From assembly GCA_017481205.1 (NCBI GenBank), contig JAFUPN010000014.1:17500-81499 (forward strand): DNA of 64,000 nt, given 5' to 3'. Numbering within the stretch: position 1 is the first letter of the stretch; each line of letters starts with the position of its first letter. This document shows, piece by piece, positions 53,340-63,350 of this stretch. The notes under the pieces were generated by a model. That model saw only the letters and a program-made list of their open reading frames with translations. It was not told the origin of the DNA and did no database searches. The DNA is from Clostridia bacterium. GTDB taxonomy: Bacteria > Bacillota > Clostridia > UMGS1810. Made by a program: the position numbers and the translations under genes.

Positions 53340-53984
53340 TCAATAAAGTGAGCCGAAGTCAGACAACGGAAGAAGTCTGAAGGTTGCTTTACCGATAACA
53401 TTGCTGAGCGGTATAAGTCCGACACTTGTATCACGGCTGTCACGGCTATTGTTTCTGTTGTCACCCAGCACAAAAATATAGCCTTCGGGCACAGTGCATG
53501 GGTACTCCATATTTCCTGCTGAAAGCAGCGGTTCCTTTATATAAGGCTCGTTAAGAACCTTACCATCAACAGTAACTGTATGGCTCTGACCGTCAACAAC
53601 AACTGTCTGACCGGCAGTTGCTATAACTCTTTTTACATAAGGAGTCTTGGGACTGTTGGGCGGTCTGAAAATGATTATATCCCCGTTTCTGGGAGTATAG
53701 AAAAACCTGTTTGTATACAGAGTATCACCATGATTAAGTGTAGGATTCATGGAAGGACCGTCAACCTTTACCAGGGTAAACACATATGTTCTGATAATCA
53801 ATGCAATAAGCACCGCAACAACTATTGATACGCCCCAATCCAATATCTCCTTTTTCAGATTAAACTTAGGCGGCTCTTCGGCAACCTCTGTAATTTCAAC
53901 TGTCTCAGGCTGTTCAAGTGCTTCGTTAATATTAACGGAGTCTGTCTCGGGAGTCTGATTTTCATTGTTTTTAAATTCTTCCAT
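53340..53984 (-). CDS. lepB: Signal peptidase I
   Basis: VDGPSMNPTL (catalytic Ser box), KRVIA and GDNRNNSRDSR boxes. Confidence 0.85.
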   Translation of the reverse strand: MEEFKNNENQTPETDSVNINEALEQPETVEITEVAEEPPKFNLKKEILDWGVSIVVAVLIALIIRTYVFTLVKVDGPSMNPTLNHGDTLYTNRFFYTPRNGDIIIFRPPNSPKTPYVKRVIATAGQTVVVDGQSHTVTVDGKVLNEPYIKEPLLSAGNMEYPCTVPEGYIFVLGDNRNNSRDSRDTSVGLIPLSNVIGKATFRLLPLSDFGSLY

Positions 53985-54405
53985 TTATATCATATCCTTT
54001 CTAAGACTAAATTACCCAAAGGACCATATCAGACTGTCGAAAAAGTCCGCACCGCAAAGTACCGGGTTTTCATTGAATATAAATAAATATTAATTATAAT
54101 ATTTATTATTAATGACACTTTTGGCAATAAAATTGCCAAAAGCTTTTATTTTAGGTACTTTGCTTGCTGCGTCATTGGCTCATGCCGTACCATCGTACTG
54201 TCTTCTTCGCCATTCCTTGCCTGCAGTCTTTTTCAAAAGTCTGACAGCGTGTCGACTTTATCGGCACGCTGAAATTACCCAAAGGATAATTTCGCAGTAA
54301 TTTTCCTGCAAAAGCAATAAAATGCCATGGTGAACAAATTCCCCATAGCATAAATCACGATTTGATTGAGGGAGAACTGCAAGCAGCTCTCCCGATAATA
54401 CAATG

Positions 54406-54747
54406 TTATATTTTTTCCTTAACTCTGGTAGCCTTACCAACTCTGTCACGGAGATAGTACAGCTTAGCTCTTCTAACCTTACCTCTTCTTACAACCTCGA
54501 TGCTTTCAATCTTGGGGGAATTAGCAGGGAAAGTTCTCTCAACACCAACACCATATGAAATTCTTCTTACTGTGAAGGTTTCATTGATGCCGCCGTGCTT
54601 CTTAGCAATAACGGTACCCTCAAACATCTGTGTTCTTTCCTTATTACCTTCTTTAATCTTAACACCCATTCTGATGGTGTCACCGATGTTAAACGCGGGA
54701 AGGTCTGTTCTGATTTGTTCTTTTGTAATGCTTTCGATAATACTCAT
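54406..54747 (-). CDS. rplS: 50S ribosomal protein L19
   Basis: [44 protein letters not shown]... Confidence 0.95.
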   Translation of the reverse strand: MSIIESITKEQIRTDLPAFNIGDTIRMGVKIKEGNKERTQMFEGTVIAKKHGGINETFTVRRISYGVGVERTFPANSPKIESIEVVRRGKVRRAKLYYLRDRVGKATRVKEKI

Positions 54748-54819
54748 TTTAAATATCCTCCTAAATTTCCAAGACGTTCATGCCCAAACCACAGCAGAGG
54801 ACCGCCCGTATACCGTAAC

Positions 54820-54849
54820 AGTATATCATATACATTGCCGGAATGTCAA
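54820..54849 (-). promoter_or_regulatory. Sigma-A-like promoter of rplS
   Basis: Minus-strand TTGACA (54844-54849), an 18-nt spacer, then TATACT (54820-54825). About 70 nt of leader precedes the RBS. Confidence 0.5.
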
Positions 54850-54909
54850 GTGTTTTTTGGGAAAAATTTTATTTTTCTTAAATACACAGCAAAATAATTA
54901 CCGTTCAGG

Positions 54910-56028
54910 TTATTTTGCCGTAATCTGACAGATTTTTTTCATTTCGGAGGGTATGTCTATAGCCTGAGGACATACCCTTGCACATTTGCCGCATTTCATG
55001 CATTTATCCGCATTATGTGCTTCGGATATTCTTTCATATTCCTCCAAAAAGCCTTTTTTACTCTTGCTGAAAGCATATGCATTATATATCTTAAACATAT
55101 TTCTGATATCTATTCCCGCAGGGCAGCCTTCACAGTAATTGCAGCCTGTGCAGGGTATCATTTTTGACTTTTTGAATTCTGACAGTGCTTTTTCGAGAAC
55201 CGCAGCTTCATCTGCACTTAAAGTTATATTTCCGCATGCAGTAGCCACATTATCCTCAACCTGTTTGATATCAGACATTCCGCTAAGCACGGTCAGAATA
55301 TTATCACCCTGCATTGCATATCTCACCGCCCATGAAGCGATACTGCGATCAGGGTTCTTCTCTTTGAGATAAGAATTTGCCGCGTTTCCCAGGTCTGCAA
55401 GGGTGCCGCCTCTTACAGGCTCCATCACAACAACCTGAACACCGTATTTTTTGCAAAGCTCATATTGGGTTTTTGCATCCTGATATTCCCAATCAAAGTA
55501 GTTGAGCTGCAGCTGACAAAATTCCCACGGATAGGCTTTTAATATTTCTTCAAGCACCTCGGGGGTATCATGAAAGGAAAAACCAAGATGCTTGATTTTA
55601 CCTTCGCTTTTCTTCTTAAGGAGAAAATCAACTGTTTTAAATTCAACAAGCCTGTCAAAATTTTCTCTGTCAAGAGCATGACATAGATAAAAGACAAAAT
55701 ATTCCACCTGACATCTATCTAGCTGAACATCAAATATTTTTTCAACCTCTGCGGGATTTTCTGCCATCCACACGGGCATTTTATCAGTAAGAAAATAGCT
55801 GTCTCTGGGATATTTGCCAAGAGCGCTGCTCATAAAGCCCTCGCTTTTGCCGCCATGGTACATATAAGCAGTGTCATAATAATTCACACCGTGCAAATAG
55901 GCATAATCAATAATCTCCGTTGCCTTTTCCACATCAATCTCTCCGTTTTCAAGAGTCGGAAATCTCATACCTCCCATGCCGAGAACGGAAACCTCTTTAC
56001 CTGTATCTTTAAAAAGTCTTTTTTGCAT
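54910..56028 (-). CDS. Aldo/keto reductase with a C-terminal 2x[4Fe-4S] ferredoxin-like extension
   Basis: AKR N-terminus (GMGGMRFP, YYDTAYMYHGGKSE) and C-terminal CTGCNYCEGCP / CMKCGKCARVCP. Confidence 0.8.
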   Translation of the reverse strand: MQKRLFKDTGKEVSVLGMGGMRFPTLENGEIDVEKATEIIDYAYLHGVNYYDTAYMYHGGKSEGFMSSALGKYPRDSYFLTDKMPVWMAENPAEVEKIFDVQLDRCQVEYFVFYLCHALDRENFDRLVEFKTVDFLLKKKSEGKIKHLGFSFHDTPEVLEEILKAYPWEFCQLQLNYFDWEYQDAKTQYELCKKYGVQVVVMEPVRGGTLADLGNAANSYLKEKNPDRSIASWAVRYAMQGDNILTVLSGMSDIKQVEDNVATACGNITLSADEAAVLEKALSEFKKSKMIPCTGCNYCEGCPAGIDIRNMFKIYNAYAFSKSKKGFLEEYERISEAHNADKCMKCGKCARVCPQAIDIPSEMKKICQITAK

Positions 56029-56257
56029 TCGGGACGCTCCTTTTGATATATGTCAATACTACGTTATATTATATACCCAACAGCAGTTTTTGTCAACAAA
56101 CGTAATTATTTGATATAAACAGCAATTGTTCAATTTAAAAAGCAATTTGTTTGACTTTTTATATACTATGTGATATAATAAAACCAAATATCATTTGCTC
56201 CCTATGCCTGCCGGGAGCTGTCGCATAATTTTTTGCAGGCAGAAAGGCTGAATTAGA

Positions 56258-56887
56258 ATGTTTGATTTTGATATTATATCATTAATACTGAGTATTCCCG
56301 GACTTTTGCTGGCTCTCACCTTCCATGAGTTTGCCCACGGATACGTTGCATATCTTATGGGAGACAATACCGCCCGCTACAGCGGCAGGCTCAGTCTTAA
56401 TCCTATGGACCATCTGGATTTATGGGGTACTCTGTGCCTGTTGTTCTTCCGGTTTGGTTGGGCAAAGCCGGTTCCTATCAATCCTGCCAATTTCCGAGAT
56501 CAGAGAAAGGGTATTATAGCTGTAAGTCTGGCAGGTCCACTGGCAAACTTTCTGCTTGCTCTTGTAAGCGGCATAATATGCGCCATTCTGGAAAAATTTG
56601 TACCGGCAAGCAATATTGCACAGTTTTTTTATATGGTTTTCCTTTATACCGAGGTAATGAATGTAGGTCTTATGGTGTTTAATCTCATACCCATCCCTCC
56701 CCTTGACGGTTCAAAGGTATTAATGGAATTTCTGCCCTACAGATTCCGCTATCAGATGTATCAGCTTGAAAGATATTCGGGAATTATCCTGCTTCTTTTG
56801 GTATGGACAAGAGTACTAAGTCCTATTCTCAACACAATGGCAGGCTGGGTATACTCTATAATCGGTCTTATAACAAATCTGATTTAA
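56258..56887 (+). CDS. M50-family (site-2-protease-like) membrane metalloprotease
   Basis: HEFAHG zinc motif and a downstream LIPIPPLDG motif. A consensus-like promoter TTGACT-17-TATAAT lies about 80 nt upstream. Confidence 0.75.
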   Translation: MFDFDIISLILSIPGLLLALTFHEFAHGYVAYLMGDNTARYSGRLSLNPMDHLDLWGTLCLLFFRFGWAKPVPINPANFRDQRKGIIAVSLAGPLANFLLALVSGIICAILEKFVPASNIAQFFYMVFLYTEVMNVGLMVFNLIPIPPLDGSKVLMEFLPYRFRYQMYQLERYSGIILLLLVWTRVLSPILNTMAGWVYSIIGLITNLI

Positions 56888-56898
56888 CGGAGAGGTAT

Positions 56899-57699
56899 AT
56901 GGAAAAGCTATTATTTAAGGTACAGGATTTTGAAGGACCTCTGGACCTTTTAGAGCATCTTATCAAGAAAAATAAGCTTGATATATGCACTGTGTCACTG
57001 ATTGAAATAACAGACCAGTATGTGGAATATATCAATGCCATGAAGGAAAAGGATCTGGAGATTTCCACAGAATTTCTGGTAATGGCATCGGAGCTTCTGC
57101 TTATAAAATCAAAGGCGCTTCTGCCCAAGCATGCGGACGAAGCCGACGAGGAGGATGAGGCAGAAAAGCTCACCGAAGCACTGCGGGAACGCCGCAGAAT
57201 GAGAATTGTGGCAGAAAAATTCAAGGGTATGCAGTACGACGGCACATACTACTTCTTCAAGAACCCGGAAAAAATAGAAAAAACTCCCGAAAAAAAGACT
57301 ATCAGTAGCGGCAGCATAGACAAGCTGTTTGACGCATTTATGACGGTGCTGGAAAAAACTCAGCGACGTGCTCCTCCCCCAAAGACAAACTTTGACGGCA
57401 TAGTCGGAAGAGAACCCGCATCGGTAAAGGACAAGGCAAAGGGTCTTATAAAAAGGCTGAAAACCAACAAAAAGGTTAAATTTGAAAACATATTCGAGGG
57501 AGCCAGATACAAAAACGAGGTCGTGGCGATTTTTCTTGCGGTACTGGAGCTGATGAAGCTTAACCGCATCACAGTATACGAGGAGGACGACAGGGTGATG
57601 CTGCAGCTTGACGAAAGTAATGCAAGCCTGTCTGAGGAGGATATTATAAGCGAAATGTCCGACGACCGCGAAGCAAACGGAGAAAATAATGAAAATTGA
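56899..57699 (+). CDS. scpA: Segregation and condensation protein A
   Basis: Start at MEKLLFKVQDFEGPLDLLEHLIKKNKLDI (ScpA N-terminal signature). Confidence 0.85.
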   Translation: MEKLLFKVQDFEGPLDLLEHLIKKNKLDICTVSLIEITDQYVEYINAMKEKDLEISTEFLVMASELLLIKSKALLPKHADEADEEDEAEKLTEALRERRRMRIVAEKFKGMQYDGTYYFFKNPEKIEKTPEKKTISSGSIDKLFDAFMTVLEKTQRRAPPPKTNFDGIVGREPASVKDKAKGLIKRLKTNKKVKFENIFEGARYKNEVVAIFLAVLELMKLNRITVYEEDDRVMLQLDESNASLSEEDIISEMSDDREANGENNEN

Positions 57700-58309
57700 T
57701 GAACTTGAAGCAATAATAGAAGGCTTGCTTTTTGCAAGCGGGGAATCGGTACCCATAAAAAGACTCTGCGAGGTAACCGAAACCGACGAAAAAACAATGA
57801 CAAGCCTTCTGAACAGAATGCATGACAAATACGATAACGACAATACCAGAGGAATACATCTTATAAAGCTTGAAGACTGTTATCAGCTTTGCACAAAAAG
57901 GGAATACTATGACTACATAAAATCCCTGAGAGAAAAAAAGCGCAGAGCATCACTGTCTAATGCCGGACTTGAGGTTCTCTCGGTAATTGCATATAATCAG
58001 CCCGTAACCAGAAGCGCGCTGGAATTTATCCGTGGAGTAAACAGCGACGGTGCACTGAACAACCTGATTGCGGCAGGGCTTGTTGAAGAGGTAGGCAGAC
58101 TGGACGCTCCCGGCAGACCCATACTCTTCGGCACGACAGAAGAATTTTTGCGTTGCTTCAACCTGTCGTCCCTATCGGAGCTGCCTGACGTTGAGCTGGA
58201 ATACAACTTCTCCGGACTCAGCGAGGAGCTGGCTGAGGAAGCAGCTGCCGAGAATGTTCCCGAAAAGCCCGTGGCTGATTTTGAAATACAAAAATTTGAC
58301 GGAGAATAA
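57689..58309 (+). CDS. scpB: Segregation and condensation protein B
   Basis: EAIIEGLLFASGESV...LSNAGLEVLSVIAYNQPVTRSALEFIRGVNSDG. It overlaps scpA by 11 nt. Confidence 0.85.
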   Translation: MKIDELEAIIEGLLFASGESVPIKRLCEVTETDEKTMTSLLNRMHDKYDNDNTRGIHLIKLEDCYQLCTKREYYDYIKSLREKKRRASLSNAGLEVLSVIAYNQPVTRSALEFIRGVNSDGALNNLIAAGLVEEVGRLDAPGRPILFGTTEEFLRCFNLSSLSELPDVELEYNFSGLSEELAEEAAAENVPEKPVADFEIQKFDGE

Positions 58310-58312
58310 ACA

Positions 58313-58924
58313 ATGATATATGTTTATGCATTTCTTGCAGCTGTTTTTTTGATAATAGCTCTGTTTCTTATTCTTCCTGCAAAGGTGCGGCTTTCCTTTG
58401 GCGGCGGTGCTGCCGTTATTGAACTTCTCTTTTTCGGCGGAGCATTCAGAATACCCGTTAAATCGGAGAAAAAAAGCGGCGAACCGAAAAATATGGGAAA
58501 TCCAAATGAAGTTCAGACAGAGGAGCAGGCGGACAAAAGCTTTTTTGATGGAATAAACAACATATTCCGTATAGTAAGAATAATACGCAAAACCTACCAT
58601 CAAGGCCGTGAATATGTGTGCAAGCGCATATCTGCAGACCTTACGTTAAGCCTGTCCTTCGGGCTGTACGACGCAGCGCTGACAGGCATTGCAACAGGAG
58701 CAGTATGGACTCTGCTGTATGAGCTGTTGGGGCTTATCTCAACAATAGCGCTTATTGAAAAGCACAGCTTCAATGTAGACCCTGTATTTGACAAGGCTGT
58801 GTTTAAAGCAGAGGGAATATGCATATTCAGCTTCAGACCTGTAAATATTATTGGTATATTAATCCATATATTAAGAAAATATAATAAAGTAAAGGCGGAG
58901 ATAGAAAATGTCAACACCCATTGA
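58313..58924 (+). CDS. DUF2953-like sporulation-associated membrane protein
   Basis: N-terminal TM segment, and a position immediately upstream of and overlapping ytfJ. This pairing is conserved in spore formers. Confidence 0.55.
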   Translation: MIYVYAFLAAVFLIIALFLILPAKVRLSFGGGAAVIELLFFGGAFRIPVKSEKKSGEPKNMGNPNEVQTEEQADKSFFDGINNIFRIVRIIRKTYHQGREYVCKRISADLTLSLSFGLYDAALTGIATGAVWTLLYELLGLISTIALIEKHSFNVDPVFDKAVFKAEGICIFSFRPVNIIGILIHILRKYNKVKAEIENVNTH

Positions 58925-59345
58925 ACAATTGATGAATGAGGCCATGAAAAACATCAAGGGCATGGTAGATGCCAATACCATCATAGGAGATGTCATAACA
59001 ACTCCAGACGGAGCAACCATAATTCCCATAACCAAAGTATCCTTCGGCTTCGGTGCAGGCGGCAGCGAATTCGGTGCAAAGGCCGACAGCGGCGAAAAAA
59101 TGTTTGGAGGCGGTACAGGCGGCGGGGTATCCATGAACCCTGTTGCTTTTCTTGTTATCACCAAGGACAGTGTAAGAATTATGCCTGTATCCACAAGCAT
59201 TTCCACCGCAGAGCGCATTGTTGACGCAATGCCGGAGCTTATGGGAAAATTTAATAACTTTGTAAGCGAAAGAGCTGCAAAGAAAGCCGAAAAAGCAGAA
59301 AAGAAAGAAAAAGAAAAAAACGGCACGGAAATTGAGCTTGAGTAA
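58908..59345 (+). CDS. ytfJ: GerW/YtfJ-family sporulation protein
   Basis: IIGDVITTPDGATIIPITKVSFGFGAGGSEF is typical of GerW. Confidence 0.8.
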   Translation: MSTPIEQLMNEAMKNIKGMVDANTIIGDVITTPDGATIIPITKVSFGFGAGGSEFGAKADSGEKMFGGGTGGGVSMNPVAFLVITKDSVRIMPVSTSISTAERIVDAMPELMGKFNNFVSERAAKKAEKAEKKEKEKNGTEIELE

Positions 59346-59382
59346 TATCAAAATCACCGATTCCATATAATATATATGAGGG

Positions 59383-60528
59383 TTGGTGATTTTTTTGTTG
59401 CATAAAATTATATTAACAGTTATAGTAATGTATCTTGGCTTTTTGCCCATAAAGGCAGACGCAAGCCTGTGCCCGGGTGCAGTATCTGCAATCCTTATAG
59501 AAACAAGCTCAAACTCGGTTATATTTGAAAAAAACGCTCATAAAAAGCTTCCTATGGCAAGCACTACAAAAATCATGACTGCCCTTTGTGCTATAGAAAG
59601 CGGAATTCTGGACAGAAACGTAGAAGCAGACCCACGTGCCATAGGAGTGGAGGGCTCATCCATATATCTTGAGAGGGGCGAAAGGCTTACCGTAAGAGAG
59701 CTTGTATACGGGCTTATGCTCCACTCTGGAAATGACGCAGCCGTTGCCATAGCCTGCGCAGTGTCCGGCTCTGAAGAAGGCTTTGCACAGCTTATGAATG
59801 AAACAGCAAAAAAAATCGGAGCTGTTAACACCAATTTTGAAAACCCAAACGGACTGGATGGCAAGGAACACTACACCACAGCATACGACCTGGCGATAAT
59901 CACATCTTATGCATTGAAAAATCCTGAGTTTGCCGCTATAGTATCCACATACAAAACAACCATATCAAACGGTGATAAGGGCTTTGACAGACAACTTAAA
60001 AACCACAATAAGCTGCTCACTATGTATGAGGGCTGCACTGGAGTTAAAACAGGGTTTACCAAAAAAAGCGGCAGATGCCTTGTATCCTCAGCAAAGAGAA
60101 ACAATACCGAGCTTGTTGCAGTAACCCTTAATGATGGCAACGACTGGAACGACCATATGCAGTTGCTTGACTACGGCTTTGATAATACAGAAACAAAATG
60201 CATTTTGAAAAAAGGCAGCTACCTGCGAAAAATCCATGTAAAAAACGGTGCTCAGGATACTGTTGATGCTATCTGTGATAATGATGTGTACATAACCAAT
60301 ATCAAAGGCAATAAGCAGGACAGCAGAATAGAATACGACATTACCGACAGGCTCACAGCACCGGTAGAATACGGACAGAGCACAGGTAAAATCAATATCA
60401 TATCCGACGGCAAAATCATAGCAAGCGCACAGGCTGTCACCGCAGAGGCCGTTTCCGAAAAGCCAAAAAGCAGGATTGCGGTAAATATGGGAATATTAAT
60501 GAATTTCTGGCTTGATATGATAAGATAA
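59383..60528 (+). CDS. D-alanyl-D-alanine carboxypeptidase (S11, PBP5/DacB-DacF type)
   Basis: SxxK (ASTTKIMTA), SGN (HSGND) and KTG (VKTGFT) motifs. The N-terminus is hydrophobic and the start codon is uncertain. Confidence 0.85.
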   Translation: MVIFLLHKIILTVIVMYLGFLPIKADASLCPGAVSAILIETSSNSVIFEKNAHKKLPMASTTKIMTALCAIESGILDRNVEADPRAIGVEGSSIYLERGERLTVRELVYGLMLHSGNDAAVAIACAVSGSEEGFAQLMNETAKKIGAVNTNFENPNGLDGKEHYTTAYDLAIITSYALKNPEFAAIVSTYKTTISNGDKGFDRQLKNHNKLLTMYEGCTGVKTGFTKKSGRCLVSSAKRNNTELVAVTLNDGNDWNDHMQLLDYGFDNTETKCILKKGSYLRKIHVKNGAQDTVDAICDNDVYITNIKGNKQDSRIEYDITDRLTAPVEYGQSTGKINIISDGKIIASAQAVTAEAVSEKPKSRIAVNMGILMNFWLDMIR

Positions 60529-60831
60529 GATGCTAAAGTATAGCCTAAGCAACCAACACTAAAGGTGGTTTTATAATATAAATTTTTCTCAGCAATCGGT
60601 TCGGGGGTCATAAGAAATGTTTGCCCCGAAAAGACAATTCTTCCTTATTACCCCCGAAAGACTGATGAATAATTAGTAATTTTGTTCGCCCGGATGCGGG
60701 GACGTACATGCCGTATCACCCCAAAAGCATTGTGCCACGGGGCTTTCAGCCTTTCATGTACTTCCCCACCGTGCTCTTTTATGTAAATTTTCAAATTAAT
60801 CGACAGTCTGCCGACCCTTTTACCGTGCTTT

Positions 60832-61740
60832 TTATAAAGCGGATTGTGTATCATCAGGGTCGCCGTTAATTGCAAGGTCATACTCAAGTGACCAGTCAAG
60901 CCCCCTGTATTCTGCAGCACGGTCATCTGTTTCGATAAATTCCATGAGCAAATCAAGCATATCCTTGGTCCATGTGTTTTTGTCTATCTGTGCAGTTGTA
61001 AATTTATTCAAAGTTATCATTTCAAATCCAAACAAGTCCTTAACCTGCGTTTTAGCTGCACCGCCGACAACCTCTTCAACCAAGTGACTGGGTATAAATA
61101 ACACACCGCCGCCTGCACCGAATACTACATCTCCAGGAAGGCAGATTGCATTACCGATTCTTGTTGCCGTATTATATCCCGTCATAATAAAGTCACGGAT
61201 AGGCGTTGGGTCAATGCCCCTGTAATAAACCTGAGTATCAGGAACCTTTTTCATTTGTTCCGTATCACGGATGCCGCCCCAGATTACCGCACCGCCATTT
61301 TCGTTTTTAGTCTTGTTTTTAAGAGCTGTAGTAAGATTACCGCCTAAGAATGTTCCTTTATATATTTTGTCGTACATATCTATTACGGGAACATCATATT
61401 CCATCAGATTATCAATAACCCACTGATTATATGTACCTGTTCTACTCTCGCTTCTCCCGATGTCTTTCACAACTTCATCAAGGTCGGGTCTGAATGGACA
61501 ATAGGTTGCAGTAACTGCACGTCCGATAAGCTTTCTTCCGTCATCATGCAGTGTATGAAGTCTGCCCTCAAACTGACTTTCGTAGCCTTTTACAAATATA
61601 GGCTTCCATACCTCCTCTAATGTCAATGACTTCAATGCCTTTAAATATTTATCATCAACCTTTGGGCGACCGTCTTTGAATCTCTCCCCTTTCCATTGAG
61701 GAGTTAATGCTATTATTTCTTCTCTGTCGTTAAAATGCAT
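60832..61740 (-). CDS. RraA-family (HMG/CHA-aldolase-like) protein with an N-terminal extension of about 90 aa
   Basis: RraA-like core (GRAVTATYCP..., GGAVIWGGIRDTEQ, GDVVFGAGGGVLFIP). Start moved to MHFNDREE. Confidence 0.65.
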   Translation of the reverse strand: MHFNDREEIIALTPQWKGERFKDGRPKVDDKYLKALKSLTLEEVWKPIFVKGYESQFEGRLHTLHDDGRKLIGRAVTATYCPFRPDLDEVVKDIGRSESRTGTYNQWVIDNLMEYDVPVIDMYDKIYKGTFLGGNLTTALKNKTKNENGGAVIWGGIRDTEQMKKVPDTQVYYRGIDPTPIRDFIMTGYNTATRIGNAICLPGDVVFGAGGGVLFIPSHLVEEVVGGAAKTQVKDLFGFEMITLNKFTTAQIDKNTWTKDMLDLLMEFIETDDRAAEYRGLDWSLEYDLAINGDPDDTQSAL

Positions 61741-61759
61741 TTTCTCATTTCCTTTCTTT

Positions 61760-62497
61760 TTACAAGTGCATACCACCGTCAATTATAATTTCAGAGCCGG
61801 TTATATAGCGGCCTTCCTCTGAACAAAGAAGAAGAACTGCAGGACTTATATCCTCCGGCTTTCCTATATATCCACAAGGAATACTGTCGGATACTTTTTT
61901 CTTAAAAGTCACATCTTCAAATGCTTCTGCATTTCTAGGTGTTTCAATTGCGCCCGGTGCGATGTTATTTATTGTTACACCAAACGGTGCGAGAATCGGT
62001 GCAAAATTCTGAACCATTTTCATTTGTGCCGCTTTCGATACACCGTACAGCGATAACTCAAGGTGCTGATTATACTGGTTTACACTGCCGATTGCAACAA
62101 TTCTGCCCCACCCCCTATTTTTCATACCCTCTGCATATTTTTTTATAAGCAGATATGAGCTTTTAACATTGCAATTCATCTGAATATCGTATTCATCCAT
62201 GGAAAACTCATCCCATTTTCTTTTGTACTGAACAGACGCATTCAAAACGAGAATATCTACATCGCCCGTTACTTCATATAATCTATCTATTTCTTCGGGG
62301 ACCACAAGATTAACTCTCACAGGCACAGAATTCGGGATTTTTTCGCTTGCTGCAATACATTTTTTCTCGCTTCTGGCACCTGTTACAAACACCTTTGCCC
62401 CCTGCTTTGAAAGAAGTCTTGCTATCTCAAAACCGATACCTTGGGTTGAGCCTGTAACAAGAGCTGTCTTTCCTTTTAAATCAAACATCTTCCTCAC
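61760..62497 (-). CDS. Short-chain dehydrogenase/reductase (SDR)
   Basis: GKTALVTGSTQGIGFEIA (TGxxxGIG), YGVSKAA (YxxxK) and NNIAPG. Confidence 0.85.
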   Translation of the reverse strand: MRKMFDLKGKTALVTGSTQGIGFEIARLLSKQGAKVFVTGARSEKKCIAASEKIPNSVPVRVNLVVPEEIDRLYEVTGDVDILVLNASVQYKRKWDEFSMDEYDIQMNCNVKSSYLLIKKYAEGMKNRGWGRIVAIGSVNQYNQHLELSLYGVSKAAQMKMVQNFAPILAPFGVTINNIAPGAIETPRNAEAFEDVTFKKKVSDSIPCGYIGKPEDISPAVLLLCSEEGRYITGSEIIIDGGMHL

Positions 62498-62657
62498 CTC
62501 ACCCGTAAACTTTTTAATTGTTAAATTTGCTTCCCTTTTGTTCTGAATATAACAGAATATTTTTTCCTTCTGTATAGTCCTTCGGATACCTGATAATGTA
62601 TTTTAATTCTTTAAATTCTCCTGTTTCACAATGCAAATTCAGCACCATCATTATAAA

Positions 62658-63350
62658 TTATTTGTTCATAATATCAAAAACCCCATAGTTTTTGTTGTAT
62701 TCCATTTCAAAGCCACAATCAAGCTTTGAAGTATAATTTTTCGGGTTTTCTGTGTTGCTTTCAAACATTCCGTAATGGGTTGGCACACCGACTTTTGGAT
62801 TAATTATCTTTGTCAGTTTAACCGCCTCACTGACATTCATATTTCCAAGCTTTCCGTTGATGCAGATAAACATAATATCTATATTGTATTTTTTTAATCC
62901 TTCAAGCTTTGCGTTATATTCCGTATCACCTGAAAAATACATTGTAATACTATTATGCTTTACAATAATACCAACCGCCGGAACGGTATGGTCTGCAAAT
63001 ACAGCGATCAATTTAAAGTCACCAAAACAATATGAATCACCTACATCGAAAGGTTGATATTTCTGCACTCCGCACTCTTTAAGCTGCTTTTTTGCATCTT
63101 TCGGTGCAAGAAACAGCTTGTCCTTTTTTTGCATAAGCGGAATAGCATCTATGTCAATATGGTCAAGATGATTATGCGTACATACTACAATATCACTTTT
63201 TAATTCTTCGGGTAAAAAAGGTGCTTCTACCATTCTTCCTCTGTGTGCTATCCTGTCAACAACGTTTGAAAGATATGGGTCAATGCAGATTTCACTCTTT
63301 CCATCAGAAAGAATATATCCGCTTTGCCCTATCCAGCGTATTTTAAGCAT
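62658..63350 (-). CDS. Metallo-beta-lactamase-fold hydrolase (UlaG-like)
   Basis: Start at MLKIRWIGQSGY. HNHLDH metal motif. TGATG overlap with the upstream gene. Confidence 0.75.
   Translation of the reverse strand: MLKIRWIGQSGYILSDGKSEICIDPYLSNVVDRIAHRGRMVEAPFLPEELKSDIVVCTHNHLDHIDIDAIPLMQKKDKLFLAPKDAKKQLKECGVQKYQPFDVGDSYCFGDFKLIAVFADHTVPAVGIIVKHNSITMYFSGDTEYNAKLEGLKKYNIDIMFICINGKLGNMNVSEAVKLTKIINPKVGVPTHYGMFESNTENPKNYTSKLDCGFEMEYNKNYGVFDIMNK

Noticed and set aside
54748-54819. The ~70-nt rplS 5' leader could be an L19 autoregulatory leader.
   Set aside because: A promoter and a GC-rich leader segment are visible. I cannot verify the L19-leader fold or its mimicry of 23S rRNA by eye, so I left it unannotated.
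60655-60700. CUGAUGA at 60662-60668 (plus strand) suggested a hammerhead ribozyme core.
   Set aside because: No properly placed stem II followed by GAAA could be drawn, and no stem I/III with a cleavage triplet. The heptamer is most likely a chance occurrence.
60648-60956. A 102-aa minus-strand ORF spans the spacer and the 3' end of the RraA-like gene.
   Set aside because: It overlaps a well-supported CDS in another frame, lacks an RBS, and its sequence matches no family I recognise. I treat the region as non-coding or structured instead.
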